DNA of 36,267 nt from Asterionella formosa (taxonomy: Eukaryota): contig NKIB01009642.1 of NCBI GenBank assembly GCA_002256025.1, forward strand, positions 62,001 to 98,267. Direction: 5' to 3'. The notes under the pieces were generated by a model. That model had not been told where the DNA came from, ran no database searches, and was given only the letters and a program-made list of their open reading frames with translations. Position numbers and translations under genes: made by a program. This document shows positions 1 through 9,045 of the stretch, in pieces. Every line of letters begins with the position of its first letter. Position 1 is the first letter of the stretch.

Positions 1-686
1 ACGCAAACGTCTAACCCGGTTTGCAATGCGATCTGTACGAGAGCACGATTTGCCAATTGGCAATCATGGGTACATATTGCTCCACGTGAAAAAGAATGCA
101 GTGAAGCACGTAGATGCGAGATGGCTCCATCCATGAGGGGGCAAGACATTGAGTTAGACTCCGCCTCGGGAAGGACCAAGTTTTCGCACAAGATGTTGAC
201 AAGCAAAATCCTATGGGAATAATGCAATTGAAACGAGTGCGCATATGGAGACTTCATCAGTCTTTGTGCTCGGATCCACGATGGCTTGTTCAACGTAGCT
301 GCAGTTTTGGGTATCATTCGCGCGCTTGTGGTTGGTGCGATGCACATTGCAAGAAGATGGTAAATATCAATCTCTTGCTCATGCGCTGGTCGACCTGCTA
401 GTAACGGCGCCAGCCCATTGTTAAGAAATGATATGAAGGAATTCTCCCGTTCAGTATCACTGCAAACTTCAAATTCCCCATACTCATGAGCGGCAAAGAA
501 ACGACAGGTACTTTCTAGCCGCTCTTCAAGATCCAACGTGATAAATGCGTCCTGGTCAGTTCCCTCTGACCGATCAAGTTGAAAACGAAGGGTGAAAAAA
601 TCATTTCCAGTCGAAGTGGGAACAAGGAAGCCTAGCAAGTATATGGCAGCGTATCGAAGAATTTGGGCAATCTCAGAATTCTTCAT
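1..686 (-). CDS. Partial (3'-truncated by window edge) hypothetical protein with a probable N-terminal signal peptide
   Basis: Manual translation from ATG at 686 (minus strand) gives 228 stop-free codons to the window edge: MKNSEIAQILRYAAIYLLGFLVPTSTG-NDFFTLRFQLDRSEG...ALVQIALQTGLDVC. It is missing from the ORF track because no stop lies in the window. The basic N-terminus plus hydrophobic stretch resembles a signal peptide. CpG content is gene-like. Confidence 0.7.
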   Translation of the reverse strand, partial: MKNSEIAQILRYAAIYLLGFLVPTSTGNDFFTLRFQLDRSEGTDQDAFITLDLEERLESTCRFFAAHEYGEFEVCSDTERENSFISFLNNGLAPLLAGRPAHEQEIDIYHLLAMCIAPTTSARMIPKTAATLNKPSWIRAQRLMKSPYAHSFQLHYSHRILLVNILCENLVLPEAESNSMSCPLMDGAISHLRASLHSFSRGAICTHDCQLANRALVQIALQTGLDVC

Positions 687-1517
687 AAACGGGAACAGAG
701 TGGAAGCTAGAGCCAGAATCTGAAAAATTGAAAGACGAGTTGGGCGTCATTAGGGACCGCAGCGGGTACGGATGTACTGGAAGCAGCTCAATTAATCGGT
801 TAGTTACTTCTACTTACGTCTTCCCATCGCCTAGTCGAGTGTTTTCTGCTAGGAAGCCTTGGTTTCTTCGAGAAATGGTTTGGCGGGCTATCCAATAATG
901 CTATTTCAACGAACAACGGGCGAGAACACGCTTGCTTTGCCTGGACTAGCAAATCAGCCACCTTCTTTCTCGTCTCTTGAGTGCTACCGGTATGCCAATT
1001 TCTCTGCATAATAATCATTGATTGCAAAATGGAGACCTTCGTTTGTTTTGAAGCGCATAGCCGAGCAGTAATGGTTTCAAAGAGAGACAATCATGTGAAA
1101 TGTAATTTTACCCGCGGCATTATTACCTGCATGTTCTTGCTGCCGCTGCGTTTCTGCCTGATGGGCGGGCGGTCTGTGTTATTTCATATGTTTGTTTAGG
1201 TTACGGCCCCGGCTTAACCCTAGTTTGTGGAAAAAACTAGCTAGGGTTGTAAAATTGACGTGGAACAGGGAATTTGTTTCTGTGTAGTCCCATGATGCAA
1301 GTATCTGTCTGAATATTTAAACTAAGTAGAAAATGGGGCCACATTGACAGAGTTCTATTTCAAAAGGAATGAAGACGTTTATGTTATATCTACATTGCTC
1401 AATGTAGATATAATTTTACTCCCCACCAGAACACATGATGTATAGACTGTAACTACTAGTATATATACCTCGAGCGTAGAGTATAGTCATCTTTGAGCAA
1501 AAATATTAAGTCAAACA

Positions 1518-1983
1518 ATGCAACACCAATCAACCATGAGTTCTGTTGGATTGCCCCTACTAGTGAATACCAATCCTCTTCCATACAATCATGTTCCGTG
1601 CCCTACTTGTGTTGATTGTGTCATTGTTGAATCAGAAGTTTCAGGCTGTGGAAATCACATCTTCTGTGACTTTGCATGCCCAGAGTGTCAATGTTGGTCA
1701 ATGTTGATGGGACGAGATGGAAGAGTTAGTTGAGCAATACATGGAAACAAACTTAGTTCAGCTTCGACTTGACGAAGATATTATCACGCCGGGCCAAGGA
1801 AGAAACCTTATATACAAGTTTCTGGTCAAGACATTCTGTGGTTCACTTGGGAAAGGCATCCGAATGGAACTTCCAGATCGTTGCTTGAAGGGGGTTCGTT
1901 TGCTTCTCAAGAATAAGGACCCCAAATACGAGTACACTGGTTACCAACCAGTGTCTAAAAGTATCAAACATAGTAGAAAATGA
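1518..1983 (+). pseudogene. KolX-like accessory protein (P2X7 C-terminal ballast-like Zn-binding domain), one frameshift near 1716
   Basis: The Cys-rich ORF 1518-1733 (CPTCVDC...CGNHIFCDFACPECQCW) joins ORF 1717-1983 if one base is restored in GGACGAGATGGAA. The second part, GRNLIYKFLVKTFCGSLGKGIRMELPDRCLKGVRLLLKNKDPKYEYTGY, fits the R..xY..F....G.LG.G.R..LP.C....IR......YTG[FY] pattern of KolX/P2RX7_C. Confidence 0.75.
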
Positions 1984-2172
1984 GTGTTTGTCATATATTA
2001 ATTTTATTAGTTTACATTTGAAGTCGTTATTACATGTTTGAAAATCTTCTATCATGTTCAGCCAATCTTGTCAATGAATATTCGAATATTCAAACATTTC
2101 AATCATAGGTAATGAAAAATTGAAATCCTCATTTATTTATTGCATCATTACTACAGTTCAAAATAATAGACA

Positions 2173-4481
2173 ATGACGAGATCAGGAAACCAAACTCGTC
2201 TCCTTGCCTCGATTATGAATGGTGGCATGGACGCTGTACAGTCAAAGATGTACCTGATGAAACAAATTGGTTTGATGAGCCAAAAAGACTGGCTGATACA
2301 ACAGAAGTCAGACCTCCACTAACGAAGCTGCATGGACATCGTTTGCTGTCAATAGAATCTTTGCAGCAGTTTCTACAAACCGATATTACCTGTAGTAAAT
2401 GGAATGAAAAATTGAGATTGCAATCGTATAACAATGGTTACAAACAAGCAATTAAAGATTTACAAATGTACCTTTGCAAAGAATCTAACTCAAAAAATCA
2501 ATAAATGATAAATGCAATGCATTCCTTGAAAGCTCCGCGTTCCTTGACAACGCTGATGATCAACCCTGCTTTACAGAATGCACGGCTGATTGTTGATGAC
2601 GATGTCAGTCCATTTCTCGGCATTGCATGTCGAATTTCAATTACATGTGGACTTTGTGATTCAAGAAAGTATATTGAACCTGTAATTTGCAAAAATAAAG
2701 GCAATCAAATGGGACACTTTGCAATCAACAGCATGTTTGTTCTTGGTTGTCACGAAGCAGGAATGAGCCCGGTTGACGCTGATATAATTTGCTCGTCCCT
2801 TTCCTTCTTGCCTTTGCAGAGTGGTTTCTGGAGTAGGAAGGAAAGGTTCCGTCAACTGGAGCAACGAATTGGCGAAGCTGAAATTGATGTAACAGAACAT
2901 TCAATGAGAGAGGCAATGAATGAGGAGGCATGACTTAATCTGGACATACATGAACGTCATGTTTAGTCCCATGTTGGGAAAGACTATTCTTGGTGGAAGA
3001 AGCACGCGTGATCCCGGAAAACATGCCAAGACTAACAGTAAGTTTTGATATGGGCTGGCAGCAGTGCTCCAGTGGTTACAAATATAATTCGAATAGCGGG
3101 CTTGCTTTCTGTATTGGGGGCTCTTCAAAAAAGATGCTGAATTACTGCGTAAAATCGAAGGTATGCAACATTTGTGACTATGCTGCCTGGCGGTTTACGT
3201 CAGCCAAACCTCATGTTTGCTCTAAGAATCACCTATTGGGTAGTTCCAAGTCAATGGAATCTGATGCTGGTGTTGAAATGGTGATGAAGGCTGTGGATTA
3301 TTATCAAGTCTTCTACACTACAATGGTTTGTGATGATGATTCAACCTTACAAACTAATTGCAAATGGTCTTGTAAAGATTTACAACTACAAAATTCTTTG
3401 TTTGAATAGCCAAAAACCGACAGCGGCGCAAAAAAGGCAAACCATGGATGCCTTCCAATACATGTCGAAGAACCGGTTTTTTCTCTGATCCCTCGCACCA
3501 AGTTTGTGTCTTACTTCGCCCCTGTTTCAAGATGTCTTGAGGCCCAAAATGCAATGCAAGATTCACAAAAAACCGACTGCCTGCAACTGAAAATCTACTA
3601 TGGATGCTTCATTAAAAAAATCGACATAAAACATTTGAAGATTTCCTAGCAGCATCAATGGCGCCAATCCACCTTTTATTCGACAGTCATGAGCACTGTA
3701 ATCCGGAATGGTGTCCTACAAAAGCAAATAAAAGAGTAAGTAATGGAAAATACCGGAACATTGATGATAACAAGGAAATTTTCGATAGGTTAATTGAAAA
3801 TGTTGGCAAAAGGATGGAAGGTGAGAAACTCAAAGCATTACATTATCCATTTGATACGCAAATGAATGAGGGAATGAAAAATGCTGTTACAAGGCATTGT
3901 CCAAAAACAAAATGTTCGCTGGCTCCCGAAGCCTGCTCTACCGAGTAGCATCAGTGGCAGGACAACAGACACAAGGCGCTGATAAATACATGTCAGATGT
4001 ATTTGAAAACTTGGGAATGACAATGTCAACCCAACAACTAACCTTTTGGAGTCAACGGCAAAAAAAGCGAACAAATGATGCGGAGTATAAGAAAAAACCC
4101 ACAAGGAAACGCAAACAAAGCGAAACAATCCATAGCACACGATTTGAAATAGTTAAACAAGAAGAGACCGACAAAAAACGAGGACGAACTTACAAATCAG
4201 GAATAGCAGTCACCGTGGATGCTGAAGGAAGTGTTCAACCTCCCACTTCCAAGAAATGCAAACATTGCGGACTTACCGATCATTTGAGAAGGCCGAGTGC
4301 ACGATGTCCATACAACAACAGCAAAACACAAAGCACCTCGCTCCTCATCTTGAAATTGTACATGAAACTATTGGTAATGCTGATTTTACTGATGCATCTG
4401 ATATGGGACATGTGGTTCAAGTGTAGCTGGCGTGTTTTTACAAGAACGGGATACTCCAGTCAATCCAGAGCATGTGAGTAA
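2173..4481 (+). pseudogene. DDE transposase pseudogene (Kolobok type; family often labelled 'Mutator-like transposase')
   Basis: Collinear ORF fragments carry GHRLLSIESLQQFL..ITCSK, ITCGLC, VSFDMGWQ (first D), GLAFCIG..SKKMLNYCVKSKVCNIC, HVCSKNH..GSSKSMESD, MVCDDDST (second D), HLLFDSHEHCNPEWC, DTQMNEGMKN (E) and a C-terminal knuckle CKHCGLTDH......CPYN. Interrupted by stops (2502, 2931, 3407, 3538) and several frameshifts. The true 3' end is uncertain. Confidence 0.88.
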
Positions 4482-5084
4482 ATTCAATTCAACCAATCTG
4501 TGTACCGGTAGTGATGCGGGAACTTACCGTCGAGTCTTTTCGGACAGCAACTTACGAAGGCAAATATACCTACTATGCAAGACTCCTATGTCTTCAAGAA
4601 CGTTTTCGTATGTACAAATTCCGATTCCAATATTTTGGCGACTGTTGAAAAAGCCGATCTGGTCGACTTTTTGGCGTAGGATTGCTCTACATCTGCGGGG
4701 TTTCACGAAGATTAGAATAGATAGCCGTGTACCCTATAACGTCAGGGGATAACTTCCGGAGAGAAATTGCAGTTATCCCTCGTAGATTTTTAGAAAAGCT
4801 TGATAGCCCCCTTCTTTGATAGTTACGATTCCAAGAGCAGGGGTACCTGCAGATTCTCTCCAGAAATGGGGTCCTTACCATATCTGTACATAGATCATAC
4901 CCTTAAGCAAGTCGAGCAATGACAGTATCTAAGCATATGCAAAGTGGTCTTAATGGTGAAAGCTAAATTTACCTTAAACTATTTTATTAACTTGTACATG
5001 ATGTGTGGATGGACATACCTCATAAAAAAATATTTTGGGAAGAAACGGACCTCGCAATTTGTAACTGTGGGGCCGCAACCTTAT

Positions 5085-6041
5085 GGTTCCTGCATTTCAA
5101 CCCTAGTTTAGAGGTAGGGTTAAAAAATAATTTTGAGTCAGAGTACTCAAGCACAGACTTCTTACGAGTAAAACATAAATGTGTATCGCTAAACGGAGCT
5201 TTCACCAATATACACCCTTTCCATATGCTTAGATATAGTCATTGACAAAAGAAGGGTACAGGTCAACGCTATACCGGTATATCGTCAGGATATAGGATCT
5301 TGCGAGAAACTGCAGAAAGGAACTTCAGTTTTTTAACTTTGCTATAAAGACCAGAAATTTCGGGGGAAATCACTTTATTTGCTTAGCATAGTAAAAAAAC
5401 GGACGTTCCTTTCTGCAGTTTCTCGCCTGAGGTTATATACTGATGCTATTTGAAGGTTACTTATGTATCTAAATCGGCTTCAGACCCAGCCAACGTTGAG
5501 TTATCATTGTCCAAAAATTCGACGAAATCGGCCTTTTCTACGGTCCCCGAAATATCGGAATTGGAACCACTTAGCACCGAAACGTCATCATTGGAATGGT
5601 AGTTTCGTGATGCAATATTTAGTCGTAAACTTTCCAGTACCGAAAATGATATTGTTAGTGCGCGCAGTCTTATATATGTCCTGATTGGATATGGCGAAAT
5701 ACTCGACTCCGTTTGATTGTGAAAGGAATTGCAAACCCACACCGCCCATATTGGATACATGTGTAGCATTTCTTTGAGTGTACCGGTAGGCCGGTACTAT
5801 ATCCAGTTCGGGTACCAGTAGATTATCATCATTGGACAGTACATATACATCATACAGTGATGCACATTCTCTATATATATATTTAGCTATTTCAAAAAGG
5901 AATCTATGTACGTACGCGCAAATTTCCAGTGATTTGAATATTTCAAACGGAATCATGTCATTCAATAATAGCTCCTATAAATTCTTAGTTCCAGGGAATT
6001 TCGGTAACCCTAAGCAATTTTAAAGTTGAAATACAGGAACC
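5085..6041 (-). mobile_element. Non-autonomous Kolobok-like element, subfamily B, copy 1 (957 bp)
   Basis: 17-bp TIR GGTTCCTGCATTTCAAC / GTTGAAATACAGGAACC (1 mismatch), flanked by TTAT and TTAA (6042-6045). Collinear with 33476-34393. Subterminal blocks match the ends of element A in reverse orientation. Confidence 0.9.
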
Positions 6042-6060
6042 TTAAACTATCATATCATTT

Positions 6061-6325
6061 AGTTGTACGTAGCTATACATCGCGAGGTCTGTTTTTCTCC
6101 AAAATATTTTTATACAGCAATATAGATATAGTATAAACGTTTAAATTTCATTTTTGTTTGTTTCAAATGGAATTCTATCAATCTGGCGCCGATTCCTATT
6201 TAATTCAAATATTCAAATGGACACTCTAATTATGGGAGTTCTTAGTAGGAAACTCCCTGTTCCACGCCGTTTTTACAACCCTAGCGATATTTCCTCCAAA
6301 CTAGGGTTAAGCCAGGGCCGCAACC
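6061..6325 (-). mobile_element. MITE-sized internal-deletion derivative of subfamily A (about 265 bp), inverted
   Basis: The reverse complement of ~6135-6325 aligns with the left end of A (1199-~1383: GGTTGCGGCCCTGGCTTAACCCTAGTTTG...CTAGGGTTGTAAAA..GTGGAACAGGGA). The reverse complement of 6061-6113 aligns with the right end of A (AAAATATTTTGG..AAAC.GACCTCGC) with a damaged TIR. TTAA lies at 6326-6329. Confidence 0.8.
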
Positions 6326-8252
6326 TTAATTCATATCATCTTTATTATTTCATATGTGGGATGTGCATCACTCCTGTCTGGTGTAATCATAATCATCATA
6401 CATATGGCAACACTGTACCAGATACCTGGTATAGATACATCACAAAATTTCATGCCTAAACTTGACTGTCTAACCCAAACTTGAAAAGATATTAGATACA
6501 TGGTATCAGAAGGAAAGGGAGAGAAAATGGAAGAAAAGCATGGAACAAGCTATGGATTATGAAATTGATAAGAAGATGTCAATATTCAGATGAATAAAAT
6601 GCTGCAGTCAAAATGGATTGAAAGCAAAAGGAATTCTTGAAGCTTGTGCAAGGCAGTACTTTTTAGGGGGGACAAAAAGGATAGAAGAAATACAGGGATG
6701 GACACATATTATTTCTGGAAGGGAGGTCTTGATAGTGCTGGCATCTACTTGTTCTGAGGTGAAATTGACTGAAATTGGAGTGGTGGTGACAGGCTCAGAC
6801 AATAAATAAATGTGAAGTACTTGATGAAATTATGCATCTGATGCTAGATTAGGAATCAAGATTGCCAATGTAGTAGAGAGATCGGAGGAGCAAAGTGATA
6901 TTCCTGCTGCCTTTGGTGCTTCATGGCAGAGGGTGTGGGCAGCAGCAATAGAAAGCAGTTTCTTGGGATTTCCGAAGCGTATAGGCGGGGTCTTCCAGAT
7001 GAATATGAGAGAGTTAGAAGTGGGAGGGAGACAGGAAGGGCGTGGGAGGAGTAATGAGCATTCGCTTGAAGAAAGTGCTGTGTGAGGTGTGCAAAATAGG
7101 CGAAATTCGTTTTCTCAGGATGGAATGGGCGGATTTGAATGATTTTTGCTATGGAGTGCGTGCGTGACCAGCAGCTCAATTAACAGAGCAAGTTGAGCGT
7201 GAATAAGAGTGGAGAAGGAGTTAGCGAAGGGAGCGGCAGTGTACAAAGAGGACATGGTAACAAATTAGGAGGGTGTCAGCAGCAGCACTACAGACTAACA
7301 ATGTTGGCTTAGTACTAGAAATGTTAACGAGAGTAGGGATAGTAACCCGGAAAAATCGATGGTTCAATGTTGAAACTATATATCTTACTAGTAGAATATC
7401 TAATGGTATATAAATAATATGACCTGCATTTCATTGTATTTTTTTCTACCTTTTTGCTGCCAAGGGTATATCCTGGTGACTTGTGGATTTTCAACAAGCA
7501 AAGTTTGATGGGCTCATTTAACAATTGAATGTTGCATATGCTGAGCTTGGTACACATGAGATGGATTTTGGCTTCATCACCCTCGTCCAATCATGCAAAT
7601 ACTTTGTAGTAATAGCAAGAATGAGTGCCAAATAATCCACTTCATGGCGAAGGGTCAATGCTCAAAAATGGTGAATTGTCACATAACCAGGTTAGCAAGC
7701 AACGAGTAACACAGCTGCTGAGGTGGCAAAACATTTCTCAGTTTTAGGGATGCATGCACTGTGCAACCATGATGAAGGAACCATAAGTTGACACAATACT
7801 TTCTAGCACAATAATGAGCATTGGTTATATTTTTGAACCAGGGAGGTGCCAAACATCGTTAATTCTCGCACTCTACTGCCAATGTAGAAGCTAAACTAGC
7901 TTTATGGATCTGACTCATGGGGGTAGTGAGACTACTTGTGTGTCTATAAACCTACATATATGATTCAGTTTTAGACATCTAGGACTAACAAATAGCCTTG
8001 ATGTAGAGTCTCTTTCAGCATTGATGGCCTCATGGTGAGGAAACGGTCACCTACTAGACCGAACTAAGAATTGTGTTCTAGTACCAGGTAACTCATATTG
8101 AATAATAACTTATTTTCAACCTGACAAATATTTAGATTACCCAAGTATGCGTAAACCAAGGGTAATAAGACCAATGGTCTAGGCAGTCTCTAGCTAGAGT
8201 TCTTGAATGAACCCCCACCAAGACTAGTAGAACCAACTAATTAGAAATTTCA

Positions 8253-8356
8253 ACAAAATAATTATTCACATCACTAAAAGTCATGATACTGTCGATTCAA
8301 AGAGAGAATTGATGACATTCTCTATTTAGTCTTTTTGAGCAGCTGTCCTGCATTAC
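8253..8356 (+). repeat. Dispersed ~105-bp repeat, copy 1 (probable TE fragment)
   Basis: ACAAAATAATTATT...AAGTCATGATACTGTCGATTCAA..GAGA.TTGATG.CATTCTCTATTTA..GTCTTTTTGAGC..CTGTCCTGC matches 30820-30934 in the same orientation. Confidence 0.8.
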
Positions 8357-8364
8357 TTTGTGTT

Positions 8365-8645
8365 TTTTTAAAGCTTCGTAGCCCCTTTTTTGGGATAGTT
8401 ACAATTCCTAGGGGGATAACTGCCACTTCTCTCCAGATATGAGGTCCTTAACATATCTGAATATAGATCTTACCCCGAAGTCGAGCAATGACAATATAGA
8501 AGCATATGGAAAGTGGTCATATTGGTGAAAGCTAATTTTTCCTTTTACTATTTTATTTTGCTCTACGTAGTGTGTAGATTGAAGTACACCATAAAATTAT
8601 TTTGGAAAAAAAGACCTCGCAATGTGTAACTGTGGGGCCACAACC
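8365..8645 (+). mobile_element. Solo 3' end of a subfamily A Kolobok-like element
   Basis: Aligns with ~4790-5080 (AAGTCGAGCAATGACA...AAGCATATG.AAAGTGGTC.TA.TGGTGAAAGCTAA...GACCTCGCAAT.TGTAACTGTGGGGCC.CAACC) and is followed by TTAC. Confidence 0.88.
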
Positions 8646-9045
8646 TTACTAGCATTTGTGCAATCAATCTCTGATATTGCTTAGTAACAAATGAGTAATG
8701 GAGGAAAATAATATAAAGCTTGCCTTCAGAATAGAATGCAAATGTAAGTCTTAGTATAACCATGCTATAGGTATTGTCTGTGTTATGCATTTGGCAGGTG
8801 TGCATAACCAGTTGAAAACGACTTTCTCATGGCTTAAAGATATGCAGAATTTCGGCTGCTGGTATGTGTGAACAAACAAATACTAGGGCAAATATTTTAT
8901 CAAAATAGTTGATGATCAGATTGCTGTGAAGACCACTGTGCAATCATTCCCATTTGATCATTTATATACATACTTAATTGTCCACTCCTAGTACACAACG
9001 AATAGGGATGATACACTAGTTTCCAATGAATAACTCTTCGGAAAT

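Larger units (their letters stand above)
1199..5080 (+). mobile_element. Decayed autonomous-type Kolobok-like DNA transposon (element A)
   Basis: Left end GGTTACGGCCCC is preceded by TTTA (1195-1198). Right end GGGGCCGCAACC is followed by TTAT (5081-5084). This gives a 12-bp TIR with 1 mismatch, GG...CC termini and degenerate TTAA flanks. It contains a KolX-like ORF and a DDE transposase, both disrupted. Its ends recur at 6061-6325 and 8365-8645. Confidence 0.85.

Noticed and set aside
800..1199. Short ORFs 800-1090 (-) and 981-1199 (+)
   Set aside because: No motifs and short. They lie in the probable promoter/5' region of the gene starting at 686.
2173..4481. Classification as a Mutator/MULE element
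   Set aside because: The family has short TIRs, TTAA-type flanks (perfect at 33476-34393) and a KolX-like partner ORF, rather than long TIRs with 9-bp TSDs.
4500..5080. Fanzor/TnpB-type RNA-guided nuclease with a guide RNA at the element's 3' end
   Set aside because: No RuvC-like ORF exists in the element. The 3' hairpin is reported separately without assigning a guide function.
6050..6339. TCATATCAT on both sides of mini-A as a 9-bp TSD
   Set aside because: The copies are offset from the element termini, with TTAAT intervening on the right. The sequence is AT-rich, so chance is plausible.
6600..7900. Minus-strand ORF fragments as a recognisable retroelement or gene
   Set aside because: Stops occur in all frames and no RT, integrase or transposase motif was recognisable. 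Left as an unclassified relic.
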